DNA of 63,739 nt, the filler included, from Sluysia triapertura (taxonomy: Eukaryota): assembly GCA_046118255.1 (NCBI GenBank). It is 5 parts of 5 records of this genome, joined end to end, with 100 filler letters (N's around TTAATTAATTAA, not from the genome) between each part and the next. Parts side by side here need not be neighbours in the genome. Positions count along the whole stretch, not along the records: positions 24,986 to 41,602 come from JBJNIA010199820.1; 4 more parts are not named here. One strand, written 5' to 3'. Positions 26,436-39,600 of this stretch are shown here, piece after piece. A program made the position numbers and the translations under genes. Under the pieces are notes generated by a model. It saw only the letters and a program-made list of their open reading frames with translations, was not told where the DNA came from and ran no database searches. Numbering within the stretch: position 1 is the first letter of the stretch; each line of letters starts with the position of its first letter.

Positions 26436-28146
26436 TCTATAGGATTTTAATTAGTTAAATTTCGTATACTTATTACATTTTTCTTTAATAATCTTATACT
26501 ATCAAGTAGTCACTTGTTCACAATGCTGGTCCTTTTAATCTTTCTTTTAAAATATAAACAGGTCTTTACAGTTGCATAACTAACGAAATAATTGCAATAT
26601 AATTCCTGTGTAAAATCAATAAAACCATAAAGTTTAAAACTATAAAAACTAATAACGCAACTTAAGTTAGATAAATATATAATGAAAAGTAAAATGTTTA
26701 TAATCATTCTGAAACCGAAGAACACCTTGGAGTTCCAAAGACCCTTCTAGGGTATTGAAACCCTTATGAAGACTTAATAAGTTTTGGAAAGATGTCTGAA
26801 GTGTAAAGATACTTTTGAACCCTGGAATCATTTGTTTTGTTGGAACCTTTTAAGACTCTTGAGACCTCAATAAACTTTTGAGACCATCTAATAACTTTGT
26901 AAAAAGTTTGGAACTTTTGAAATGTTCAAAAATTAAAATTATGGTTAATGATATTAAAGACAAATTTAATACATTTGTTGTGTTTTTTCGTTTACTGATA
27001 TCCCTCTTTATTAACTAAAAATCAAATAAAACTGAATCTCGATATATTCTTAAATAAAAATTATAAAAATCAAATCTCTTATGTGACGAATATAATTCTA
27101 TAAATCAACTTATTTGTATCTCACTTATAGTTATATAAATCAAACTTGTTATATGGTTAAAATACTTCTTTAAATCAAATTCTTTAATTAAATATAGTCT
27201 AACTCTTTAAAAAATCTCATGGGTTACTAAACATAAATGTTGTTACCACAAATAAAATATAAAATAATAATATAGACAAAATGAATCCTTACTCACTACT
27301 AACCATGTAAACTTATTTTTATTTTAATATTATTACTGAAGAAAAGGATTCAATGAGTGTTATTCACAACTCAATTGAATCCAGCGTCCTTAAAGCAAGA
27401 AGTTGTTTCAATAGTTCTTGACTAATTTGTCAATTGTTACTGTTATCGTTTTTCTGGATTGTTGTTGTGCTTTTTATGTAAAAATTTATCTCTTTATATA
27501 ATGTCGAGATAATTGTCAGATAGTCGGGAATTCAATTTAATTATTTTGTATGTCTAATAGACATGCTATTTTCTTAGAGTCGGTTTTATGCCAACCAATT
27601 ACTAAGATGAAATTTCGATATTAATTTCCAATGAATTTCCGACTTTAGATTGCCTGACAATTATGTGGAAATAATGAGATTTGTGAAGAATAAGTCCATA
27701 TCTCGTTAAAATAATCAAATCACAATTTAATATCACAATTGAAATTATACAAATAGATATAAAAATACATCATCCTAATTTATCAATATTTATAATCTAA
27801 TATAAAACTTCTTTTAATAATACTTTATATCATACGTAACACATTAACGTCATACGTCAATCTAAACAGCGTATACTGATATGTTTCTTTACAAGCTTTA
27901 ATCTGATATACTTTATTAATGCTCTGACATTGCAACATATTTAATCTTTAATTTTTAAGCAAAACACAAATGTATAAAAGGGAATACTTATACATTTTTT
28001 ACTCAATATAAAATCGAAACGCAACAAAATTACACTGTTATGAAGATCTATGCTCGAATAATATTTTGAATTTTATATTTTAAATAAATATTAATATAGT
28101 TAAAATAAATTCTTTTCTAAGGATTTAATATTTATATATATTTTTA

Positions 28147-28270
28147 GGAATTCCCCGTGATTGTTTAGTTTTTATTACTTTTATATTTTTGGGGAATCCC
28201 TGTTATTGTTTTAGATTTTAATAGTAATATAATTTTTTGGAATTCTCCTTTACTATTTTAACTTGTAATA
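28147..28270. repeat. Three degenerate tandem units of about 46 bp (GGAATTCCCC...)
   Basis: Units start near 28147, 28191 and 28239. Confidence 0.6.
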
Positions 28271-28410
28271 TTCATATAACAATTTCAGCAACTTATAGTT
28301 GTTTCATTCCGGTTTATTGATTAAATAATTGCACTCATATTGTTGTTTAATTTTTGTGCCTTTGTTCTTTTTTGATTTAGTTATTCCTCTTTGATTCATT
28401 GATATTATTA

Positions 28411-28466
28411 TTGCACGACAGGTCCCGGGTTTGATCTCCGGTCAGTCCATTTTATGAAGTCTAACA
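28411..28466 (+). repeat. 3' half of the tRNA-like TIR element (copy B)
   Basis: ttgcacgacaGGTCCCGGGTTTGATCTCCGGTCAGTCCATTTTATGAAGTCTAACA. Confidence 0.85.
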
Positions 28467-29611
28467 AATACATACAAAAGTAAAAAATTAAAATTAATAA
28501 ACTAAAGCAATAACTTTAATATGTAAAGAAATAAAATTGAAGTTTAAACAGAATTATTTTGTAGTAAGATAATTATTTACTGAATAGAATAAAATTTTGT
28601 TAAGCAATTTTGATAAATAAGCTTTTTCTTAAAATAAAGTGACTTTATAGAAACATTTTTAATCAAAAACTTTAAAAAATTTTTATTTTCACTCAAATTT
28701 TTATGACGGATATTAAATTTTTTATGATTAAATTTTATATTTCTGACCATAAATTTTTATTGAAGGAATTTTACGATCATTACAATAGTATGCAAATAGT
28801 TTATAAAATGAGCAAAATATTAGTCATAGTTTTAAGTCTTAGCAATTCAAAGGATTTTATGGTTAAAATAAGTGTTAGACATAAAAAGATTCACTATGTA
28901 CTGAGGAGTAACTAACAATTAAATCCACAAATTCTTTCATCAAAAAACATTGTCTATGATCGCAACATTCTCGAATTAGTCTCATGTATGTAAGACTAAA
29001 AGCCACGAAAAATCTAATACATTTTCAAATTTGTGACAAAACAATTTTAAAATGTTTCAGATATTAAAGTAATAACTTTAATATTTTAGCTCATTGTATT
29101 TTTATGTATTAAGTTTGTATTTGATAATTTTGTAATATCTCAGTAATTAATTGACGTTATAGCTGATTGTACTGTATACTTAAGGTCTTGTTTAAAAGAT
29201 AATTTGTTGTATATTATCTTTAAATGTTTGATAGTTTTGTAGAATTTAAGTGACTAAATGCTTTAAAATCTTTGGTTTTTAACATAATAGTAAAATCATT
29301 GACAATTTCTACACTAATAATAACTCGTAATATCAAAGAAAATTATTTATCTTTTTGTCTCTTATCGATTATCATCATAGATTGATTAGAATGATATAAA
29401 ACGCCGGTTAACACATTCGTTGATAACAGCATTAATGTTACATCGGTATTAGTACATTGTTTAATAAGATCCTCATCCATTTTTACGTTTAAGTACGAAG
29501 AAAATCAATTGTCTTCTGTCTAAAAAATTTTGAATTCTTGTCTAGACTAAAAATTAGTTTTATAATTATGACCGTATTTTAATTGTTGCTATTTTTTATT
29601 CGTATTTTAAT

Positions 29612-29665
29612 CCACCCAATCAGATTACTAGTTAATGAGATAGACTGATCAATCTGATTGGGTGG
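29612..29665. repeat. Perfect 15-bp inverted repeat containing CCAAT
   Basis: CCACCCAATCAGATT (29612-29626) / AATCTGATTGGGTGG (29651-29665). Confidence 0.85.
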
Positions 29666-31696
29666 TGTGCGTTATATTGTCTGGAAATTTGTCTTGTTAA
29701 ATTTGTATATTCCCAGAGTATTTGTGAGAGCTGTGGATATGCGTACTCTGATTAGGTGCTGAATAAAATTAATTAAAAAGTTGATTTTAGCTTTCCGACC
29801 GTCATCAGTATTGTCATTCGGATGACATTTTTTTAATAGAATATCAGCAGTGATGAGGAGCAACTAACTTAATGGTTTGATTGAAAATAATTTAAATTAA
29901 TTTATACGTTTAATAGTACTAATTATAATAATAATAATAACGACAATAACATTGTTATTATTATAGTTATTAATAAAGAAAACGCATAAATCTTTAAAGA
30001 AAAACCTTAAACAATCTTAAACACGATCTTATTCTTTATAATCTTATGCTTCTCTATACATATAAAAATGAAATAAAAGGAAAGAAACGAATGTTATACT
30101 GTGAAGGGACAACAATAACTATTATATAATTCATCATTTGAAGTTGTTGCTTCTCAGTGCGATAATGAATGCTTTAAAGTTGTCTTAACTTTGTTTTTTG
30201 GAAAAATGTAATGATTTAGGTTGTAAGTGAAATGAAGAATGTTAGAATAATTTGTTTAAACTTATTGAAGGTTTATAATTTAAAAACAAGATTTATGCAT
30301 TAGATAGAATGGTTTGAAATTCTTAATGAAAGGTTGAAGTTACTTTAATTTTGAATGGTGATTACAAAATAAATTTTAATATATTGTTATTGCAAGTAAT
30401 TTTTAATGGTGAGTACTCCAAAACGTTTTCAAGCTAATCTCAAACTTCCGCAATGGTCTCAACATAACTTCCAAAGGACTTTGGATTTCCAGGTTATTTC
30501 TCAATTCTCATGACTCTAGCTTTTTCATCTTCATAATTCTCACACCAATGTTTTGTTTCATACATTTAATTCAAAATCCCAACGAATATACTAATTAATA
30601 ACCCTTACCTTCACACACGAAACACCAAATTATACGCAAAACATAACATATTTTGGTTAAAGCATGCAGGCAATGATTTTACTACTGCCAATAGTAGTAA
30701 GTGAAGTGCGAAAATATTGGCGATAAATAATCACGTACAAGATACCATAATGCAATCAAGTTTGTCTTAATCAACAATAATTAATAATAGACTATTATTT
30801 TATATTCCATCCTAAGCAACTCAGAATCTTGCATAAATTAAGTTTTTTTAATTTCTCACTCAGAAAATTAAAAAAGTTCTCCAAAATAGATCTTAACGAA
30901 TTGCAACAAGCTCCAATATAGCTGTTCAATGTATAATATATATATATATACTTTACAAGTGTAAAAGATGAAATTAACAGCGGTAAATCAATACATAGTT
31001 TTAATGCGATCTAGTAGAATGAATTCCTAATATCAGATTAGAGCTTCACAAAAGCAATGTTTCACAAGATTCATCTACTTACAGTGAAAAAATGATTAAG
31101 AGTTCGATATGTATGAGTTCACATAGTTAACCTGGATCTGCAACTGATTTGTTTTCATATTTAACTTTATAATTCGTGCTTTTAATTTTGCTTCGAGTTA
31201 CGAATTTGATTTTATTTCTTTATTATATGCATTACATATAATTAACTTAAATGTTTTATTTTCAAATACCACTTACTAGTACATCAATTATGTTTTCATT
31301 TTCTGAACTTCAAATTAACACATTAATTTTGCTTAAACAGAAGCATACTTTTTACATACAACAGTATGTAGCTTGCACTTGTAAATAAAAATATAGACTG
31401 TTTGTATTATTATAACATATTATATGTGCAATCAATTTTACAATTAAAATCTAAAACGCAACCTTGAAAAAAATATTTATAGATCCGTTGTTCAACCCCA
31501 CGAACTGATCTATAGTTAAATAAGACGATTAAAAATCTAATTACTTTAACTTCCATTGAAAACCAACTACCTACTAATTAACATATAAAAATATAAATTA
31601 CCGAACTTCGTTAGATTTGTTTGCGAAGACTGTTGAACGATTCACTAAGTCGAAAAATTAAAAAATAAATATGCTTAAGATTAATATAATAATCTA

Positions 31697-32979
31697 TTAA
31701 CAAAAAAAATCATGTCTTAAAGCATCAACTGCACTCAACCGCTTACGAAAATTTACCATCATTGTTTGTTCAATCAAGTCAATAACATGTTTAAATTGAC
31801 GATATTTGTAATAAAATTTTAGTGGTTTTATGTCTGTTTTGAAATCTGTCTTTCTAAGTTTATAATTTTTATGAAAATACTGTTTTCGTATATCCTTAGA
31901 GCAGCGATCAATAACTGTCTTTGAAAACCCATTCAGGAATTCATGAATGAGAAACAAATGTTCACAAGAATCCTTAGGCATAAAAATTGTTTCACCTGTG
32001 ATCATTTCAAAAATTATACAACCAACAGACCACATATCAACCGGGAAAGACCATTCTTGTCCAAGAATTACTTCAGGAGAACGATAATGACGAGTTTGAC
32101 AGTGATGATTGTGAATACTACCCATTTCTGCCATACCAAAATCGATAATCTTAATCCGTAAATTATTTAGCTTCTTATATTTGTATTTTTCTCGATAGCA
32201 AACAGTATATGAATTATCAACCAGCATAATGTTTTCTGGCTTTAAGTCTGTGTGAATAATATGTAATGAATGTATAAAATGAACAGCACTCAGCACTTGT
32301 TTTGAAAATATTTGTGTTTCTTTCAAATTAAACGGGTGGAAATGATTTTTTTTCATAAAATCGTATAAATTACAAGAATACATTGGAAACACTAAGCACT
32401 CCTGATTATTCGTACAGTCTTGAAATAAATCAATAAGGCGTATACAGTTGCTAATATCATTTTTATCAGCTTCTGAAATTTGATTTAAAATACTTATTTC
32501 TTTATATGTTGTATCATCGTCACCCAAGTACTTCAGAAATTTTATTGCCACTTTCATTGACGAGGCTTTCAGATCAGTACAAGCACACACAAAACCAAAA
32601 GATCCTTTACCCAGCAGTTTTTCAACTTGATATCTATTCTCGATTACAGAACCCACTTCCGGTGCATTTTCCACTTTCTTCTTCTTATCTTTCTCCCTAT
32701 TAATCCGCTCGTTATGATCTTGATTTTGAGCTCTAGTCCCACCCAACCTCAAACTTTTAGATAAAATCGGATTCGGAATAACTTGTGATTGCACAATATC
32801 ATTGGCAAAAAATTCGTCGTCCCTATTAAGTTTACGAAAAAAATTTAAGAATTAAATAAATAAATTTAATTTTATAAGTAACGATTTTTATCAATAATAA
32901 AAATTACTTACTTAAAACTAAGTTTTTGACGCTTAGCCGAAGAATAGCCTGATGAACCAGTGTAATTCCGTTTAGTCAT
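31697..32979 (-). CDS. CLK: CLK/LAMMER-family dual-specificity kinase (Doa-like), divergent; join(32979..32912,32822..31697), 397 aa
   Basis: GKGSFG, VAIK, HTDLKPENI, IIDFG, TRHYRSPEVILG, EHLFLIHEFLN at the LAMMER position. Exon 1 MTKRNYTGSSGYSSAKRQKLSF splices in frame over an 89-nt GTAAGT..AG intron. Confidence 0.92.
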
Positions 32980-34797
32980 TGTTTATTTACGTAAATTGAA
33001 ATCAATAAAATTAATTTATATAAACAATTAGAAAATTCACAAATTTAAAACAAAAATTATTTTTTAAAATTGATAACAATTAAAAGTTTAAATTACGCAA
33101 ATTAAATTTTGATTTGTTATATGGTTTAGGGGTTTAAATTAATTATTAAATTTAAGGTTTATAATCTTTGATGGCGTTTAATTACTTTTTTAAAGCTTCT
33201 ATTAATTTTTTCTATAACGTTTACCCTATTTTTTTTATTATCAGTTACTGGATAATAGTACTTAAGGTACTTTAAAGGAAATTTCTTTATAATCTACATT
33301 CAAAACTAAGTCAAAACAATTCAAGTAACATATAGTTAGCAACACAAAAACAATAAAACATACTGCATTTGATTTAGGTGGATCAGAAAAGTCTAACGCC
33401 ATCTTCCAAATCTTTTGAATTCTCATTGTACAATATCATCGACACATATTCGGAATTCATTTCTTTGTCAATCCATTTATCCGACGCATCTTCAAGCATG
33501 CAAAATTATACGAACTCTATTTTTTTATTAAGAGCATAACTAAATTCAAACAATGCAAATTTGTAGGAAATAATATCTATATTATAATGATTGTAGGCGT
33601 TTATTTTTAAAATATTAATCAAGTTTTGTTCATTTAATATTACATTACAATTTAAATTACAAGGAAATTAGGACTTAAGGTCCTGTATTAAATTACTTAA
33701 AGAAAAATCTACTAAAAATTTGTTATTTAAATGGACGTTATTAAATAACGATTAAAATTGTAAAACCAAAAAAAGAAATAGTTTAAGACAAAATGTATTG
33801 GACGCACAACAATTTCAAAACTGTAAGACAAACAAAAATCATAAAAAAATAAAAATACTCCATGATGTTCAAATTTTGTAGTGTCATGGACACAATCTGG
33901 ATTGGTTTTGGTATATCAAGAACAGGGACCAGTTTTCGTAGTACGTATTTTCGAAACTGGAACTCAATATATGAATGAGAGACTTGAGGCATTGAGATAA
34001 CAGCTTTTGGTAGTGGTTTGCGGTGGAGCTGTAAACTTACAAATTAATGCCCAAACACAAATCATATTGCAAGATTTTCTCTTAAGTGCAAAATGTCTCT
34101 GGAAGTCCCGTTCGACTAATTAGGCACGATTTAAATCGGAGAGAAGACGTCCTCATTAGATTTAAACTTTAGAAGGATACTAGTAGAGAGTGACTTAGCA
34201 GGTCAAGTTGAAACGACTTAAACAGATAATTAATATTAATTAAACCAACCCTTTTACGGTCTGGTCAATTATCGGTTATTTTAATTATTGCAAATAAAAC
34301 TCAACTAATAGCTCCTTATTCGTTTAATATAAAAAATGTTATTAAATGTTATTAACGATACGATGAACGACAAAAATATTATAATAAAGATATTGATTTT
34401 ATCAACTTAAGCTTACGGCTTAGTTGAATTTAAAGTTTTTTGATTTTAATGGAAGTTGACCTAGCCAGTTACGGTATAGATATAAATACAACCATGAGTT
34501 TAAGTGAATATTTTAAAATCTCTATTATTTAAAATTAGATATTAATATAAAATCTTATGCAAATTAAAATTACTTCTGCATGGAAATTATCTTCAGTAAA
34601 AAAATTATAGCTTCGATTGATCCGAATTCTGCTACTCTGGTTTATTTTTGTCTTTATAAAAGTTGTCTTTCTCAAAATCTTACCTATTTATACTGTTTTT
34701 TAATTCCTCCATATGAAAATCATTTCATTGAAACAATAATTTGTCAATTAACTTATTTAAACAAGAATATTAATTTTAAATAAATTTTTTACTATAA

Positions 34798-34895
34798 TGT
34801 TAGACTTCGTAAAATGGACTGACCGTGGATCGAACCCGGGACCATCGCTGCGCAGTTGAAATGCTCTACCACTGAGCTATCAGCCCCGTCTAACA
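34798..34895 (-). mobile_element. Full-length 98-bp tRNA-containing element with 8-bp TIRs (copy C)
   Basis: Minus strand: TGTTAGAC-G-[72-nt tRNA-like]-TTTT-ACGAA-GTCTAACA. Confidence 0.75.
34815..34886 (-). tRNA. tRNA-like sequence, probably an Ala-derived pseudo-tRNA
   Basis: Acceptor GGGCTGA/TCAGTCC with G3:U70 and A73, D arm GCTC-AGTGGTA-GAGC, T loop TTCGATC, A and B boxes, TTTT terminator. The anticodon stem does not pair. Confidence 0.6.
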
Positions 34896-35189
34896 ATTTC
34901 ATTTTTAATATATTCAATTATACTACTTGGCACTTTTTTAGGCCTTTTACCCCAACAATAATATTAATAATATTTATTTTTCTAAAATAAAAATAAAAAT
35001 AAAAATAAAATAATTTTTAATAATAATAAATGATAAATAATAAATGATAAATATAGTGACAAAATATGATAAATTAAAATAAAAATAAATAAAGTAGTTG
35101 TTAATGGTAAATCAAATAGTTATTAAATAGTTATAGTTAAATAATCATTAATAAATATATCCATTGTCCGTTCCATTGTCCATTCTAAT

Positions 35190-35921
35190 ATCATCTTAAC
35201 AATATAATTAGAAAATGGATCATCTGCACTTAAATTGGCAGATTTTGAATCAGAATCAATAATTTCTGTGTCAAATTCAATTTGACATTTGAATAAAAAC
35301 ATCATGACTAAGAATTTATCTTGACCCACGGCAAGATCCATAAGTGAAATACCTTCAATCGTTTTAGTTTTATATAAACGTGATGAATGCATAGTATAAC
35401 AATGTTGCGACAATATTCTAATTAGGATCATAAATTGATCACAATAAGGCATAAATGGAACACTAATAATAACAACAGGAGCTGTTATTGTAGTTACAAT
35501 TTGTTCAAATACAAATTTACAGCCACAATTAATCAATTCACAAAATTTTAATTCAAGAACTTGGTAATGCTTTTTTACTATTCTCGGTAAATAAATCAGA
35601 TTTACATCTTTTGAAATGACTTCTAAGAGATACACAAAGCTGTATCGTCATAAGCTTGCACTCGGGCCTTTTCATCATCCAAACTTTCCATGACGCATGA
35701 TAAACCTTAACCACATGATGAAATAGCCATTGATCCAGCATGACGTTCTTGCGAGTTTACACTTTTCAGAATATTAGATATTGTAGTAATAGTAACTTGT
35801 AACACTCGTTTACCACGCATTGAACCAGATAATATGTCTGATGCTACATCTGCCATAACACTAAGTTCAGATTCGTGTTCGTAAACTTCAGCATCCTGCA
35901 TGGTCCATAAAAGATCATCAT
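35190..35921 (-). pseudogene. IPO5: Importin-5 (karyopherin beta-3) internal fragment with stop, deletion and frameshift
   Basis: RHAGSMAISSCG* (IPO5 RHAGLMALSAIGEG), DDEKARVQAY (NQRVQAH), KFVFEQIVTTI (KLVLEQVVTSI), KTIEGISLMDLAVGQDKF (KTIECISLIGLAVGKEKF), DDPFSNY (DDPQISY). Confidence 0.88.
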
Positions 35922-36172
35922 CTAGTAAAATTTAAAGTTTTAATAATTTTTTACTTTCATAACTAACAGCACAAATGTTCAATACAATTTCGAAACATTT
36001 TGACATATTTTCAAAAAAGTGTGATATTAAAACAACATAAATTTAATGTCATCAACAACTTAAAGAAATAAAACTATACATTTCGACCTGAAAACAAGTC
36101 GACCATCCAGTGTATCATGCCCCACAGTCGATATATTGTTATTATTACGTTGAAATCTTGTATTATACAGTA

Positions 36173-36690
36173 TAAGGTGACCAGATTTTTAGATGGGCAA
36201 AGCGGGACAACTCTGAAGAAGGGAGAAGTATCAACAAAAATTTTCATACAGAATAAAAATAATATCGTAATATTTTTTTATTTGTAACATAAATATAATT
36301 TATAAATATATAAAAATGTATAATATTTTATTCCTTGACATATTTTTTATTTGAGTGAATTCGTTTCAGTAGATTGTTGTCATTTTTTAAAATATTTTAA
36401 AAATCTTCACAAGAATTTGTCAAATTATATTTGACATATAAAATGGCTTTCAAAGTTTCAACACTTAATTTTGATTTACTGTGTGAAAAAACGCATTCAG
36501 TCGCAGCGTTTATCATCTGAAGGACAAATACTCTGTAACTGGGTAGCAAAAGCAATATGTTAGCCCGTAGGATTCTTAGAACGCAAAACAATGATTTTCA
36601 TAAATATAAAATTTAACTTAATTCTAACGTTAACTTTTGAAAAACGTCGCGGAATGCGAGACAAATTATGAAAAATTGGGACTGTCCTCC
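36173..36690 (-). mobile_element. hAT (Blackjack-like) remnant: TIR plus C-terminal dimerisation domain
   Basis: TAAGGTGACCAGA...CGGGACA terminus at 36173; NAATECVFS...LSVETLKAILYVKYN...SCEDF on the minus strand. Confidence 0.8.
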
Positions 36691-39600
36691 TTACTTATAT
36701 TATCAAATAACCACAAAACATTAAATAGAACTAATTCTAACAATTGTACTTCTAAATATAAATCAAATAGTTATTTTATTAATTATCTTTATAAATCTCT
36801 AATTAAGAAGAGCCAATTAGACTCTACATTAGGATCTCCTAATAAAGTAAATGAAAATAAGTTAAGGCATATAAAATACATTGAAATATAAGAAGTTATA
36901 AGTTGTGCTTAATTTATTTTACTGAAGGTTAAGAGTTAAAAAAACCACATCAGTAAGATATATTCTTAAATTATGATTATACCTATTATTCTGTGATATA
37001 TTTTAGAAATACATTTAGTTTATCTAGTTTTTGTGAATTCTTTATTGAAACTTTGAAAGAATATATTAGAGATGAGTTGATTTAATTTTAAAATAATATT
37101 ATTTTTCCAATTATTGTGACAATTTAAATAATTAAGGCAACGATTATGAAGTTACAAAAAAAGTAAAAAATAAAAATCATTTATTTTGTTTTAGAACAAT
37201 AATTTAGAACGAAATACATGATTATCTTTCTGTAAGTTGATCTTTTTGCAATTTGAAGCTGTCTTTGTGTCTATTTTTAGTGTCAAATGAAAATTTCACT
37301 TACCAAATTTAAAACTGCAAAATGTTTCATTTTAACCTCCTAGTAAAAATTGTACAGTAAAACAACTCCCACGAAACGAAGTCCTATTTTTGGTAGGGCA
37401 TAGAAATTCCACTTATTTAGAGGTATACTTCTATAGCTCATATTTTTGCCTCTAAAATAAGCTGATCTTCTTCAAATGTGAAATCTTCTCAATACTTATT
37501 TCAGATATAAAATGGAAATAATTCTTCATAATTAGACCAAATAATAATTAATTAATTTAGTTTCTACTTATTCATAACATAGGTATGGGACAATTATTAA
37601 CATCAGAAAAGTTTCACTGTGTCGTCCATTAAAATTAGTATAATTTTAAAGAATATGAAAATAAGAGTCATTAATTATTAACAGACATAGATCAAGTTTA
37701 ATATCATTATAAAAATATGCAATATTAAAGTTAAATCTACCAATCAAAATTCAAATTGATATTTCATACAATAAATTAATTTTTATGCTATTTTTTACCA
37801 TAAGGTTTTCATTTTATTAAATCGATGATCTACTACTTACTTAATTATATATAGTAATATAATTATTATCATAAGTAAACAATCATATTTAGATTTATCA
37901 TAATAAAGAGGATTATTATGAAAGAATAGTTATTTATTTTGTTAAATGAAACATGGCCACACAAACTAATATAATTGGTCATTAAAGTCTTTATCACTTA
38001 AAGCTGAATCAAGTAAGATTAAATTAGATAATTAACTGTACAGTTATTATTTGGGTATTTGTTTTATATATATATATGCTCAAATACTATACTAATCACA
38101 TTACTACTCGCATTTGAATCAGCTTGTATTTATGAGCACGCATATTCGATTGGCATATGTTTAATATCCAATTTTCCATCCTCCCAACAATTACATCGTT
38201 GATAACTAACTGTTAATGTATAATGTATAATTTGCCTCACATTATACTCGGTCATATAACTAATTATTAATAATGTATAATTTATATCTTAACTAATTCA
38301 ATATACCTGGTTGAAGAATGGAAGTCAAGGTGAACTACATTAAAAGTCTAAAATCAACTGAATAAGTTTTATTTGTCACAACGATTAAAAATAGATTGAT
38401 TAACATATGAAATAAGGCTTCATATTAATTCGCTCAAAAATTCAACAAATTGTACTCGAATAAAATCATAAAATAATGGGATCTATTTGTGTATCCGTAA
38501 TATTTTTATTATTACTATGTATATTTGGTCGTATTACATTATAGAGAGCATCTATAATACAGTTTACTATCGTTGTATTGTATTAATTTTCAATATGGTC
38601 AATTAATTTTGTATAGTGTTATTATTATTATTATTAATGTTATTTTTGTTGATCTGTTAAGATTATTAATAATTATTAAAAATTAAAATATAAAATAAAA
38701 TTAATGAAATGTAAAAATTGAGAAATTTCAAGAAAATGAAATGTATTTCCTAGTTTTTACTTCAAAAATACTATGAAGAAGAAGAGGGATCTCAGATTGA
38801 CCCTAAAATAAAACATTTTTAGAATGTGTGTCATATTTAATCGACTGTTTTTATAAAAGACAGCAAAAGAAATTAGTAAGCTAGGTGATTTGGAGAAAGA
38901 TTTCCAAAAAATGGAGAAACAATCGACAGGATTTGTAGTACATAAATTTACTTTAAGAATTGTTAATGTTGCTTCGTAATGACGTGTACTGACCAAGCTC
39001 AATTACATCTTTAGAATAATTGTCAGAAAATTTACTTTTAACAGATCGTACTGAATACATTTTTTCTTCCTTAACATGTATCACCTCAATACAATCATCA
39101 GATCTCATCATAAACACATCACGTTCAACTTTTTTCGAACTTTTAACAATAGATATTAAAATAATAAATAAAATAATAAAATAACAATAGAGAACTAAAA
39201 ATAATCATACAATTTTTATATTATATCAATAATATAATAAAAATAATAGATATTATATTCAAAATCAAATCATATGACGTTAGTTTTATTCTTATAAGTT
39301 TCTTGTTAATTTAATTTGACCTAAATTACTTCGTAAAATCTTACAACAATTTTAACAACTAAAATAAAATTAGTATTAGTCATCTTTAAAGTGAATAAAC
39401 TTTAAATAAATAAATTGTTAGTGAACATTTGTATATTTTATTCTTAACGGAGTTATGATTAACGTAATATAACTTTTATATTGTCTGAAAAACCTGCCTG
39501 ATTTTGTTAAATATCCTCCGCCCAAACGATTAAGTATTTTTGCACCAATTGTATAAATCCTTTTTAAATACAAATTAAAAGAAGTAATTAATAAAATCAA

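Noticed and set aside
26720-27210. CRISPR-like spaced repeats
   Set aside because: Irregular, degenerate minisatellite-like units in eukaryotic DNA with no cas genes.
29778-29812. Hammerhead-like CTGATGA-CGGTCG-GAAAGCTA on the minus strand
   Set aside because: No stem I pairing and a reversed closing pair in stem II.
31943-32703. Plus-strand ORFs inside the kinase (likewise 11754..11948, 44212..44424, 46902..47102, 55051..55236, 63175..63417)
   Set aside because: Antisense shadows of better-supported coding or transposase sequence.
34815-34886. Functional tRNA gene
   Set aside because: Anticodon stem unpaired, T-stem mismatch, and three degraded dispersed relatives; treated as part of a repeat.
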